The notes: generated from the sequence alone by a model not told the origin. A stretch of 64,000 nucleotides of DNA from an uncultured Actinomycetota bacterium (GCA_963839395.1 CAWIUW010000004.1:37545-101544); one strand, 5' to 3'; counted from the first letter of the stretch, positions 28,979-38,769 are shown. Made by a program: numbers and translations.

Positions 28979-29317
28979 GTGGACACCCGCGCCGTCGCCG
29001 AGGAGCTTCGCGTTCGCCGTGACCAGCTGAGGGCGGAGTTGGATGTCGTCACGGTCGTGGAGCGTGACCCCGATGCGTCGGTCTCATTCGGGAAGCGGGT
29101 CGGCGACGGCACGACCGCCGCCGTCGAACGGCTGAACCTCGTCGGGACCGCGCGGGAGCTCGAGGCGATGCTCCACGACGTCGATCGTGCGCTCCAGAAG
29201 ATCGAGGACGGGACGTACGGCATCTGCGACCGCTGCGGGAAGCTCATCTCGGAGGCTCGCCTGGAGGCTCGGCCGTGGGCGGTCCTGTGCATCGAGTGCG
29301 CTGCGCTCCGGTCCTGA
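28979..29317 (+). CDS. DksA/TraR-family C4-type zinc-finger protein
   Basis: C-terminal CDRCGKLISEARLEARPWAVLCIEC. 112 aa. Lies 3 nt after the cphA stop. Confidence 0.7.
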   Translation: MDTRAVAEELRVRRDQLRAELDVVTVVERDPDASVSFGKRVGDGTTAAVERLNLVGTARELEAMLHDVDRALQKIEDGTYGICDRCGKLISEARLEARPWAVLCIECAALRS

Positions 29318-29329
29318 AGCGTTCGTAGG

Positions 29330-30103
29330 ATGACCGCTGTGACCGTCGAGCGCGTCGTGAAGGAGCTCGCGGCGCTCGCGCCGCGAGCCGGGGTGTTCCT
29401 CGACCTCGACGGGACGCTCGCGCCGATCGTGGCTCGACCGGAGCTGACGCGGATCCCTCCGGAGCTCAAACCGACGCTCAGCAGGATCGCGAGTCGCCTT
29501 GAGATCGTGGCCGCGATCTCGGGGCGCCCCTCCCACCAGGTTCGCGAGCTCGTGGGTCTCGACGACGTCGTCGTCGTCGGCACGCACGGGCTCGAGGACG
29601 AACCCCCGATGCCGGCTGGGATCCTCGGAGAGATCGAGGCCGCGGCCGCGGCCGTCGGTGCCTGGGTCGAGCCGAAGGGCGCCGCCGCCGCCGTCCATTT
29701 CCGCGCGCTGGAGGATCCGGAGGCGGCCGAGGCGGCGTCGGTGGGATCGCTCACCGCGATCGCGGCGACGCACGGTCTGGAGATCCTTCCCGGGAAGCGC
29801 ATCCTCGAGCTGATGCCGTCCGGGCGCCCGCGGAAGGGCGGCGCGGTCGAGCGGATCGCACGCGAACGAGATCTCCGAGGGGTCCTCTTCGCCGGGGACG
29901 ACGTCGGCGACCTCGACGCCTTCGCGGCGCTCGAGCGGCTCCGAGCCGGCGGCCTGTGGACCTGCGGTGTCGTCGCGCGTGTCGCGGAGACGCCGGCGGA
30001 GGTGGAGGCCGCTGCAGATCTCGTCGTCGAGGGGACGCGCGGCGTCGCGGGCATGCTCGGAGCCCTCGCCACCGAGCTCGAGCGCGCCGCCTCGTCTCCC
30101 TAG
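29330..30103 (+). CDS. otsB: Trehalose-6-phosphate phosphatase (HAD superfamily)
   Basis: HAD motif I FLDLDGTL, motif III K (ILPGKRI), motif IV GDDVGD. Confidence 0.8.
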   Translation: MTAVTVERVVKELAALAPRAGVFLDLDGTLAPIVARPELTRIPPELKPTLSRIASRLEIVAAISGRPSHQVRELVGLDDVVVVGTHGLEDEPPMPAGILGEIEAAAAAVGAWVEPKGAAAAVHFRALEDPEAAEAASVGSLTAIAATHGLEILPGKRILELMPSGRPRKGGAVERIARERDLRGVLFAGDDVGDLDAFAALERLRAGGLWTCGVVARVAETPAEVEAAADLVVEGTRGVAGMLGALATELERAASSP

Positions 30104-31560
30104 AGCGTCGAGCCCCGGACCTCGTCGATGGCTCGGAGCTGCCCGGCCAGCCACGTGGCCGGGGTGTGGGCGAGCGCCGATCGCTGGAGGCCCCGGGCGC
30201 GGCGGGTCCGCTCCTCGTCGGGCATCTCGAGCGCCTCGCGGATCGCCTCGGCGGTCTCGGAGAGATCGAAGGGGTTGATCGCGAGTGCGTGACGCCCGAG
30301 ACGACCGAACGCGCCGGCGTTCCGCGAAAGGATCAGCACGCCACCCCGCGAGTTCAACACGGATCCCTCCATCGCCACCAGGTTCATGCCGTCGTGCACG
30401 GGATTCACCAACATCGCGTCGTACTGATCGTAGGCGGCGACGGCATAGTTGAAGTTCTCCTGCACCTTCAACACGATCGGGACCCACTCCTCCTTCCCGA
30501 ACGCAGCGTTGATCCGGTCGGCGGTCGCGCGGCAATCCGCTCCGTAGTCGCGATACGCCGGGACCTCCTCCCGCGAAGGACTCAGCAACGCCAGGAACAC
30601 GACCCGACCACGCCACTCGGGGTGCTTCTGCAGGAGCAGCTCGAACGCGAGGAACCCCCTCAGGATGTTCTTGGAAGGTTCCATCCGGTCGACGCGCAGC
30701 AGCAGCTTCCGGTCGCCGCGGATCTTCTCGACCTGCGCCCGGAGCCGTTTCGCGCGATCGCCCGTCGCGGCTTCGCGGATCTCCTGCGCCCCGACGGCGA
30801 CCGGGAACGACCGGACCTGTACCTCGCGACCGTCCACCTCGGCGCGATGCGCCCGGATGTCGACGTGGACGTCCTCGAGCTCCCGGACCGAGAGGAGGAA
30901 GTTCTCACCCCATTGGCGGCCTTGGAACCCGACGACGTCGGCACCGAGCATGCCCAGAAGTATCGACCGCCGCATGTCGTCGGGCAGGGTCCGCAGGTAG
31001 GTCCGCCCGGCGAACGGCGTGTGGGAGAAGTGGAGGATCCGCGCATCCGGGACCAACTCCCGCAGCATCCGGGGGACGAGCGTGAGGTGATAGTCCTGGA
31101 TCAGGAAGACGGGATCGTGCTTCGCCTCGACCGCGAGCGAGCGGGCGAACGCGCGGTTCGCCTCGACGTAGTCGGCCCATTCGTGCTCGGTCCGCTCACC
31201 GAAGCTCGGGGTACGCGCGATGTCCCACAGGTAGTGGTGCACGAACCACAGGACCCCGTTGGCGATGCCGTTGTAGTAGCCGTCGTACACCTGCTCCGGG
31301 ATGTCCACGTAGCGAACACGCTGCGCCGCCCCTTCGAGCTTCCGACCCCGCGGCGCGATCTCGCGATCACCCTCCGTGACGGCAGCGGCCACCCACGTCG
31401 CGTCGTCCCGCTCGAGCACACCGCCGAGCACCGTGACGAGCCCACCGGATCCTCGATGGGCGACGAGCTTCCCGTCCTGGTCTCGCTCGAAGCTCACCGG
31501 GCCTCTGTTCGAGGCCACGACCAGCGAGGATTCCATCGCCGAGTGCGGTGTGGAGGCCAT
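30100..31560 (-). CDS. otsA: Alpha,alpha-trehalose-phosphate synthase (GT20)
   Basis: VVASNRGPVS...FLIQDYHLTLVP...NPVHDGMNLVAMEG. Start at ATG 31560 or 31536. Convergent with otsB. Confidence 0.85.
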   Translation of the reverse strand: MASTPHSAMESSLVVASNRGPVSFERDQDGKLVAHRGSGGLVTVLGGVLERDDATWVAAAVTEGDREIAPRGRKLEGAAQRVRYVDIPEQVYDGYYNGIANGVLWFVHHYLWDIARTPSFGERTEHEWADYVEANRAFARSLAVEAKHDPVFLIQDYHLTLVPRMLRELVPDARILHFSHTPFAGRTYLRTLPDDMRRSILLGMLGADVVGFQGRQWGENFLLSVRELEDVHVDIRAHRAEVDGREVQVRSFPVAVGAQEIREAATGDRAKRLRAQVEKIRGDRKLLLRVDRMEPSKNILRGFLAFELLLQKHPEWRGRVVFLALLSPSREEVPAYRDYGADCRATADRINAAFGKEEWVPIVLKVQENFNYAVAAYDQYDAMLVNPVHDGMNLVAMEGSVLNSRGGVLILSRNAGAFGRLGRHALAINPFDLSETAEAIREALEMPDEERTRRARGLQRSALAHTPATWLAGQLRAIDEVRGSTL

Positions 31561-31848
31561 CCCGCAGGGATTCTCCCAGGCCGGCGGTTGGTCGCGCCGA
31601 AGGGCAACGTCAGGCCCACGAGCGCGTTCGCCGCGGGTCGCGTGTGTGCATCGAAGACGACCCGGTGAGAGAGGTCTGGGCGGAGGGTGCGACCCGCCCA
31701 GACCTCTCGGGCTTCTCGGCATGTCAGGCACGCGCGCTGGCGCGCGGCGCCTGTTCCTCGGCGGATCGGGGGACCTCCGTCTCGGGTGTCGGGATCCCGA
31801 CGCCTCTCGGAAGGCCACTGCCAACCCTCCGAGCCCAGTTCTACGAGG

Positions 31849-33567
31849 TCAGGGTGACGGCGCCGGGGCCACGGGATGAACGTTTCTCGCCGCCTTGACC
31901 AGCCGGCGGACGTCCGAGGGCCCCAGGAGACGGGCCCCTTTCGTGCGCAACCATCGGAACGCCTGGCTCCGCTGCGCGAGCGCGGTGATCCCCACGACGT
32001 CGCCGGGCGCGGATGCCTTGAGCATCCCTCTCAGGGCCCGGAGCTCGTCGGGATAGACCTCGATGTCGTGCTTGCCCGCCCGAGCTGCTCCCCGGCGGAG
32101 CTGCGCGATGACGTCCTCCCTCGGACGACCGCGCAGATACTTCACCAGCTCTGCGATCACGAGATGGTCGGCGCCGAGGGCCGCGCGCACCGCGAACCCC
32201 TGGAGGATGTCGTCGGTCCGGTCCCCGGCCGTCCCGATCGCCAGCCAGATCTCCCGCCCGGGTGGACGAAGCCCCTGGAGGATCTCCACGAGCCCGTCCA
32301 TCCCTGCCTCGTTGTGGGCGTAGTCGAGGACCAGGAGGCGGCGGTCGAGGGCGAAGAGGTTGGTCCGTCCCGGGTTCTTCTTGGGATCCAGGACGAAGCT
32401 CCGGAGACCCTTGGCCACGGTCCTCGAGGGGAGTCCGACCGCGAGTGCGGCGGCGGCCGCGGCGAGGGCGTTCTGCGTGTACATGCGGGAAAGACCCGCG
32501 AGCGTCACCGGCACCTGGTCGAGATCGACCAGTGGGTGCACTGCGGGTCCGTCCATCCACACGATCGTTCCGTCCAGGACGGTGATCGCGCGCCCGCCGT
32601 CGGCGAGCGCCTCGCGGAGCGCCGGGTGACGAGGATCCAGTGAGAAGAGCCAGGAAGGAGCCGAGGCCGATCGACGCATCGCCAGCACTCGGGGATCGTC
32701 CGCGTTCAACACGACCCAACCGTCCGGCCGCGTGATGCGGGTCACCGTCGCCTTCACCTCGGCCAGCTGATCGACCGTGGAGATCCCCTGGAGGTGGAGG
32801 TGATCGGCCGACACGTTCGTGACGACCGCCACGTCGTTGTGCATCACGCCGATCCCGCGCAGGAGGATCCCGCCTCGAGCGGTCTCCAGCACGGCGACGT
32901 CCGGATGCTGATCGAGCGCGATCCCCGCACCCGCGAAGCCCGAGTAGTCACCCTTCCGGACGAGACGTTCGTTCCGATACACCCCGTCGGTGGAGGAGAA
33001 CGCGACGCGCTTGCCGGCCGTCATCACGATATGAGCGAGGAGGCGCGTCGTGGTCGTCTTCCCGTTGGTGCCGCTCACCTGGATGACGGGGATGTCCGGA
33101 TCCGGCACGGAGGGCTCGGGTCCCGGCTCGGCTGACGCCACCTCGCGAGCGGTCTCCGCGATCACGCGTTCGGGTGAGCGGCGAAGGACCGATGCCATCG
33201 CGCGGGCGACGCCTTCGGCCAAGGCCTCGGCCGATCCTCGCCGCCGCCACGGGAACACGACGATCACGTGTCCGAACTCGGGACCGGTGCGCCCCCGCAC
33301 CCCCAGCCACCCGGTGCCGGCGGCGGCGGCGATGCGTCTCGTCAGCTGAACCGCCACGCGCGCCGCGGCCCGAGCGCGTTGCTCGCTCCCGCGCGCACCG
33401 GGATCGATCGATCGGATCCCCGTCGCGTCGGCGATCGAGGCCACCTTCTCGTCGCCGACGCGGAGCCACCCCGCGACCTCGAGCGTGAGCTTCACGGCCG
33501 GGCGGGGGAAGTAGAGGTTCGGGCCTTCGAGCACCCGCAGCTCGACGGTCCGGACCGGCTCGGACAC
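31849..33567 (-). CDS. CphA-like protein: cyanophycin-synthetase N-domain fused directly to a Mur-ligase (M) domain, with no ATP-grasp domain
   Basis: N-terminal RTVELRVLEGPNLYFPRPAVKLTLEV parallels the CphA N-domain. P-loop VSGTNGKTTTTRLLAHI and motifs STDGVY, ETARGGIL, DVAVVTNVSADHL, LDYAHNEAG, GTAGDRTDD align with the M domain of the cphA at 26090. Confidence 0.7.
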   Translation of the reverse strand: MSEPVRTVELRVLEGPNLYFPRPAVKLTLEVAGWLRVGDEKVASIADATGIRSIDPGARGSEQRARAAARVAVQLTRRIAAAAGTGWLGVRGRTGPEFGHVIVVFPWRRRGSAEALAEGVARAMASVLRRSPERVIAETAREVASAEPGPEPSVPDPDIPVIQVSGTNGKTTTTRLLAHIVMTAGKRVAFSSTDGVYRNERLVRKGDYSGFAGAGIALDQHPDVAVLETARGGILLRGIGVMHNDVAVVTNVSADHLHLQGISTVDQLAEVKATVTRITRPDGWVVLNADDPRVLAMRRSASAPSWLFSLDPRHPALREALADGGRAITVLDGTIVWMDGPAVHPLVDLDQVPVTLAGLSRMYTQNALAAAAAALAVGLPSRTVAKGLRSFVLDPKKNPGRTNLFALDRRLLVLDYAHNEAGMDGLVEILQGLRPPGREIWLAIGTAGDRTDDILQGFAVRAALGADHLVIAELVKYLRGRPREDVIAQLRRGAARAGKHDIEVYPDELRALRGMLKASAPGDVVGITALAQRSQAFRWLRTKGARLLGPSDVRRLVKAARNVHPVAPAPSP

Positions 33568-33624
33568 GTGCTACTTGCCGCCGGGTTCGGCCGCGTCTCG
33601 CTTCGTCACGCGTCGGAGCGTACG

Positions 33625-34926
33625 TCAGGAGGAGTCGGCGGCGCGAGCCCGCCTGAGCTCGGGGTAGGCGAGCGCAACGAGCCCGGCGCCGACGACACAA
33701 GCGATCCCGCCGGAGACCACGCTGAACGTCGGGGAGACGAAGCGAGCGACCACCCCAGCCTCGAGGTCGCCGAGTCGCGGCCCGCCCGTCACCACGAGGA
33801 TGTGGATCCCGAAGAGCCTCCCCCGGAGCCGATCGGGCGCCGCGAGCTGCAGGATCGTCACGCGGAAGATCGCGCTGATGACGTCGGCCCAGCCCGCGAC
33901 GGCGAGCATCACCAGGCCGAACCACAGTGTTCCCGACCAACCGAAGGCGGCGATCGCGAGTCCCCAGGCCGCCACGGACACGATGACGGCGAGCCCCTGC
34001 CTGCGCACGCGACCCGTCCAGCCGCTGGTGAGGGCTCCCAGGAGCGCCCCCACCGCAGGTGCGGCGAACAGGAGACCGATCGCCTCCGGCGCGCGGTGGA
34101 ACTGCTCGACGATCAGGAACGGGAAGAGCGCTCGAGGGAGACCGAAGATCATCGCGATCAGGTCGATGACGAACGTCGACATGATCAGGCGATTCCGTCG
34201 CGCGAACGAGAAGCCCTCGCGGATCGCCGAGAGTCCGGTGTCGTTGTGATCGGTCGCGATCGGCGGCATCGGGTGCACCAGAGCGGCCGCCACGAACATG
34301 CACGCGATCGACGTGAGATCGACGGCGTACGCGACCGTCACACCCCACCGGGCGACCACGAGTCCCGCCATCGCCGGCCCCAGCAACGCCGCGGTGTTCC
34401 ACACGACCTGATTCAGTGCCTGCGCGGCCGGCATCAGGGGCGCTCCGAGGAGCCGCGTCGTCATCGCGGTCCGGGTCGGTCCGTCGATCGCGCTGCCGGC
34501 GGCGATGACGGCGAGGCCCATGTAGACCGACCAGAGCGGTGGCTCGCCGGCGAGCGCGCCGCCGAGCAGGATCGCCGCGCCGGCGGCGAGGCCGACCTGG
34601 GCGATCATCAAGAGCCGTCGGCGATCCCAGGCGTCGAGGACGGCGCCGCCGGCGAGCGTGCCGGCCAGCAAGCCCACGACGTAGGCGAGCCCGGTGGCTC
34701 CCACGGCGGCGGCCGAGCCCGTGAGCTCCTTGACCTGCACGAACACGGCGACCAGGGTGAACTGGCTGCCCGCAGACGTGATCAGGAGCCCGAGCCAGAC
34801 GAGACGGAAGTCCCGGGAAACCCGCAGGGGCGTGAGGTCGATCGTCAGGCGCCGGAGTCGTGCCTTCGTCTTCCGCTCTTGCTCCCCCGGCGCGTTGCTC
34901 ACGGCCTCGAAAGGTAGCAACCGCAT
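33625..34926 (-). CDS. MFS transporter
   Basis: 12 predicted TM segments with MFS loop motifs (GxxLDxWDRRR). Confidence 0.7.
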   Translation of the reverse strand: MRLLPFEAVSNAPGEQERKTKARLRRLTIDLTPLRVSRDFRLVWLGLLITSAGSQFTLVAVFVQVKELTGSAAAVGATGLAYVVGLLAGTLAGGAVLDAWDRRRLLMIAQVGLAAGAAILLGGALAGEPPLWSVYMGLAVIAAGSAIDGPTRTAMTTRLLGAPLMPAAQALNQVVWNTAALLGPAMAGLVVARWGVTVAYAVDLTSIACMFVAAALVHPMPPIATDHNDTGLSAIREGFSFARRNRLIMSTFVIDLIAMIFGLPRALFPFLIVEQFHRAPEAIGLLFAAPAVGALLGALTSGWTGRVRRQGLAVIVSVAAWGLAIAAFGWSGTLWFGLVMLAVAGWADVISAIFRVTILQLAAPDRLRGRLFGIHILVVTGGPRLGDLEAGVVARFVSPTFSVVSGGIACVVGAGLVALAYPELRRARAADSS

Positions 34927-34995
34927 GCCCCGTCGGACGTGTCGACCCTGGCATCAACGGTGGCGCAGGGTATCCTCTCGCGGGGGGTGATCACG

Positions 34996-35280
34996 ATGCC
35001 GAAGTACCTGATCGACCGGAATTTCTCCAAGATCACGGAAGACGAGCTCGGGGAGTTCGCGAAGAACTCGAAGCGGATGGCGATCGAGAAGTTCCACGAC
35101 GTCGTCTGGCACCACAGCCACGTCGTGATCGACCCCGACGGCGTCGTGCACACGTTCTGTATCTACAGCGCTCCGGACGAGGCCAGGCTTCGTGCGCACG
35201 CGGAGGCGTTCGGCGGGCACCAGATCGACAGCATCGCCATCATCGCCGGCGACGTGGATCCCGACGAGATCGCCGTCTAG
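34996..35280 (+). CDS. DUF4242 domain protein (SCO4226-like)
   Basis: MPKYLIDRNF...EKFHDVVWHHSHVV...HTFCIYSAPD. Confidence 0.55.
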   Translation: MPKYLIDRNFSKITEDELGEFAKNSKRMAIEKFHDVVWHHSHVVIDPDGVVHTFCIYSAPDEARLRAHAEAFGGHQIDSIAIIAGDVDPDEIAV

Positions 35281-37367
35281 GGCTGCTCGGCGTCCCGCTC
35301 CCAGCGCAGGCGTCCCGCATCGACGACCGCGTGCGACAGCCGTGTGTACGAGATCAGCCGTCGCACGGTGACGTCCTTCTTCCGCGGGTCGTCGTCGGCC
35401 AAGAGCCCGAGTGCGGTGCTGTAGAGCTCGACCGCGTGGTGGAACGCGAGCTGCTCGTCGGCCACCTCTGCGGCGGTGATCAGGTAGGGGAGTGATCGCT
35501 CGGGTTCCCCGGCCTCCTTCCAGTGATGGGCAAGGACCCAGGCGAGGTTCCGGGATCGATCGCCGGCGACGTCCTCGATGTACCTGGCGACGGCGGCGTG
35601 GCGCCGCTTGCGATCCGCACGCGCGAGCGTCGCGTACGCCACCTCCCGGATCAAGATGTGCTTGAAGGAGAACTCCGCCTCGCCTCGCACCTGGCTCGAC
35701 GGTTCCCGCCTGATGAGGTCCCTCGATTCGAGCGCACCCAACGCCTCGTCGACACCCTCGAGGTCCTCGAACGAGCGAAGCACGCCGGGCCAGAAGTGCT
35801 TGCCGACGACGGATGCCGCCAGGACGGTGGCGCGCGGCTCCGCGGGCAGTGCGTCGATCCGTGAGGCGATCGCCGCTCGAACGGTCGTCGGCAGCTCGTC
35901 CGACGGGCCGCGATCCACGAGTGACGCTGCGAGCTCCTCGATGAACAGCGGGTTCCCCTCGGCGATCTCCACCAGCCGCTCGACCGATGACAGATCCCCT
36001 TGTCCCGAGAGGAGGTAGCTGGCGATCGACGCCGAGTCCACGGGTGACAGCGCCTCCAGGGGGATCGTCGTATGTCCGAGGACACCGCTTCCCCAGCCGG
36101 GCCTCACCTCGAACAGCTCCGAGCGCGCCAGCGCGAGGAACGCCGCGGGCGCATCGCGGACGTGAGAGGCCAGATATTCGAGGAGATCGAGCTGGGCGGG
36201 ATCTGCCCAGTGGATGTCTTCGAAGACGAACACCGTGGGCTGCTCGAGCGCGACCTGTTCGGCGAACCGGCGAGCCGCGAAGTGGAGCTGGACGGGTTCC
36301 TCGGCCGCCTCGTCCGCCGAACCCAGTCCGATCATCGCGCCGAGCAGCCGTGTCGTCTCATCCGCTTCCTCCGACCCCATCAGCTCGTGGACCCTCGCCT
36401 TCAACTTGTCCACCGCCTCCGACGCGGCGTCCGTCTCGAAGATCCCCGCCACCTGGCGGACCTGCTCCGAGAACGCCCGATAGCTCGTCTGGCCGTACGG
36501 AAGGCAGCGTCCCTTGACGGCACGCGCCCCGGTGGCCTCGACCCGAGACAGGATCTCGGACGCGAACCGCGACTTCCCGATCCCGGTCGGCCCCACCACC
36601 GTGATGAGGTGGGGCCGGAGCTCGGCGGCCGCGCGCTCCCAGACGGAATCGACCATGCTCAGCTCTCGAGACCGGCCGACCAGCGGGGCGGTCGTGGCGG
36701 GCCGCTCGGCGGGCGCTCCGATCGGTGCCAGCGCGAGCCATGCCTCGACCGGATCGCTCTTGCCTTTCGCGTCGATCGGCTCGAGCTCCTGGTAGCGGAT
36801 CATGTTCCGCGTGGCGCGATAGGTCTCCTCACCGACCACGAGACCTCCGACGGGGGCCGAGGTCTGGAGTCGTGAGGCGGTGTTCACCACGTCGCCCAAC
36901 GCGAGCGCTTCGCCCGACTCAGGGCGAGATCCCATCGCGACGACCGCCTCGCCCGTGTTCACCGCCGCCCTGACCTGGAGGGGCCGATCGAGCCGGCCTC
37001 TGTTCAGGTCCTCCATCGCGTGCACGACCCGCAACCCGGCCCGGACCGCGCGCTCGGCGTCGTCGCCGTGGGCGACCGGCGCGCCGAAGACGGCCATGAC
37101 CGCGTCGCCGATGAATTTCTCGACCGTTCCGCCGAACCGCTCGATCTCCTGTTTCGTGCGGGCGTGGAAGCCCTGCAAGGTATCCCGAACGTCCTCAGGA
37201 TCCGCTTTGTCCGATCGCGACGTGAAGCCCACCAGGTCGACGAAGAGCACCGAGATGAGCTTGCGCTCCTCCCGAGGACGGTCGGCCGCGAGCAATTCGG
37301 CGCCGCACGTCGGGCAGAACGCGGCGTCGGGCGGCGGCTCTCGCCCGCAATTCGGGCACGCTGGCAT
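35277..37367 (-). CDS. Class III adenylate/guanylate cyclase fused to an AAA/NB-ARC-like ATPase, with an N-terminal double zinc ribbon
   Basis: CPNCG..CPTCG; cyclase FVDLVGFTS...EKFIGDAVMAVFG...GDVVNTASRL; Walker A GPTGIGKS. No C-terminal LuxR HTH. Confidence 0.75.
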   Translation of the reverse strand: MPACPNCGREPPPDAAFCPTCGAELLAADRPREERKLISVLFVDLVGFTSRSDKADPEDVRDTLQGFHARTKQEIERFGGTVEKFIGDAVMAVFGAPVAHGDDAERAVRAGLRVVHAMEDLNRGRLDRPLQVRAAVNTGEAVVAMGSRPESGEALALGDVVNTASRLQTSAPVGGLVVGEETYRATRNMIRYQELEPIDAKGKSDPVEAWLALAPIGAPAERPATTAPLVGRSRELSMVDSVWERAAAELRPHLITVVGPTGIGKSRFASEILSRVEATGARAVKGRCLPYGQTSYRAFSEQVRQVAGIFETDAASEAVDKLKARVHELMGSEEADETTRLLGAMIGLGSADEAAEEPVQLHFAARRFAEQVALEQPTVFVFEDIHWADPAQLDLLEYLASHVRDAPAAFLALARSELFEVRPGWGSGVLGHTTIPLEALSPVDSASIASYLLSGQGDLSSVERLVEIAEGNPLFIEELAASLVDRGPSDELPTTVRAAIASRIDALPAEPRATVLAASVVGKHFWPGVLRSFEDLEGVDEALGALESRDLIRREPSSQVRGEAEFSFKHILIREVAYATLARADRKRRHAAVARYIEDVAGDRSRNLAWVLAHHWKEAGEPERSLPYLITAAEVADEQLAFHHAVELYSTALGLLADDDPRKKDVTVRRLISYTRLSHAVVDAGRLRWERDAEQP

Positions 37368-37422
37368 GCGCGAATCTTAGGTCGGACGGAGCCCGGCGCG
37401 GCGTGGGTGGCCCGGGTCGGAC

Positions 37423-38769
37423 TCAGCCGGCCGTCGCCGCGAAGGCTTCCTCGAGCAGGTCGAGGCCCTCGTCGAGCAGACCGTCGTCGATCGTGATCGG
37501 TGGGAGCAGGCGGACGACGTTCCCGTAGGTCCCGGCGGTCAAGACGATGAGGCCCCGCTCCAGCGCGGATCGGGCGAGCGCGTTCATGGTCCCCGCGTCG
37601 AGCGGCTCCTTCGTGGCGCGGTCGGCGACGAGCTCCATCGCCCGCATCGCCCCGCGACCCCGCACGTCGCCGACCGCGCCGAACCGCTTCTCGAAGGAGG
37701 CCAGTCGCGCTCCGATCGTCTCGCCGACGGCGCGCGAGCGTTCGAGGAGTCCCTCCGTCTCGATCTTGTCGAGCACGGCGAGCGCCGCAGCTGCCGCGAC
37801 CGGGTTCCCGCCGTAGGTGCCGCCGAGCCCGCCGACATGGACGCTGTCCATGAGCTCGGCGCGCCCGGTGACCGCGGAGATCGGCAAGCCGCCCCCCAAC
37901 GACTTCGCACTGAGGACGATGTCCGGGACGACGCCCTCGTCCTCGATCGCGAACCACCGGCCGGCGCGGCCCATCCCCGACTGGATCTCGTCGGCGATGA
38001 ACACGATGCCGTTCGCCGCGGCGAACTCCGCCAGTCCGGCGATGAAGCCAGGCGCCGGCACGATGAACCCGCCCTCGCCCTGGATCGGCTCGATCAGGAT
38101 CGCTGCGATGTTCTCCTCGCCGATGTGCTTGTGCATCTCATCGATCGCGTAGGCGAGGCAGGACTCTGCGCACGTCTCCGCGGTCCCACCGGTGGGACAC
38201 CGGTAGGGATAGGCGAGCGGCAGCCGGTAGATCTCCGGTGCGAACGGCCCCATGCCCTGCTTGTACGGCATCACCTTGGCCGTCAACGACATCGCCATCA
38301 GCGTGCGGCCGTGGAACGCGTGATCGAACACGACGATCCCGGATCGGCCCGTGTGCTTGCGCGCGATCTTCACGGCGTTCTCGACCGCCTCCGCTCCGGA
38401 GTTCGCGAACATCGTCTTCTTCGCGTGGTCGCCGGGCACGAGCGTGTTGAGGCGCTCCGCGAGCTCGATGTAGGGCTCGTTCGCGGTCACGTGGAAGCAG
38501 GTGTGGGTGTCGAGCTCGAGCTGTCGCTGGGCTGCCGCCACGACCTCCGGCGCCGCGTGCCCGACGTTCAGCACCGAGATGCCCGTCGCGAAGTCGATCA
38601 AGCGGTTCCCGTCGACGTCTTCCACGATCGCGCCCGCCGCGCGAGCCGTCACGATCGGGTGGAGGTTCGCGACTCCCTGGGGGACGGCGGCGTCGCGCCG
38701 TGCGAACCACTCGCGCGACCGTGGGCCCGGGATCTCGGTGACGAGCTTCCGCTCCTGCGGGATGTCCAT
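37423..38769 (-). CDS. gabT: 4-aminobutyrate aminotransferase (class III PLP aminotransferase)
   Basis: DEIQSGMGRAG...SAKSLGGGLPI (PLP-binding Lys region). 448 aa. Confidence 0.8.
   Translation of the reverse strand: MDIPQERKLVTEIPGPRSREWFARRDAAVPQGVANLHPIVTARAAGAIVEDVDGNRLIDFATGISVLNVGHAAPEVVAAAQRQLELDTHTCFHVTANEPYIELAERLNTLVPGDHAKKTMFANSGAEAVENAVKIARKHTGRSGIVVFDHAFHGRTLMAMSLTAKVMPYKQGMGPFAPEIYRLPLAYPYRCPTGGTAETCAESCLAYAIDEMHKHIGEENIAAILIEPIQGEGGFIVPAPGFIAGLAEFAAANGIVFIADEIQSGMGRAGRWFAIEDEGVVPDIVLSAKSLGGGLPISAVTGRAELMDSVHVGGLGGTYGGNPVAAAAALAVLDKIETEGLLERSRAVGETIGARLASFEKRFGAVGDVRGRGAMRAMELVADRATKEPLDAGTMNALARSALERGLIVLTAGTYGNVVRLLPPITIDDGLLDEGLDLLEEAFAATAG

Noticed and set aside
29956-31668. 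570-aa plus-strand ORF
   Set aside because: Antisense to otsA. No domain signal.
32948-34957. 669-aa minus-strand ORF and 549-aa plus-strand ORF 33268-34917
   Set aside because: Alternative frames and antisense of the CphA-like and MFS genes. Arg-rich artefacts.
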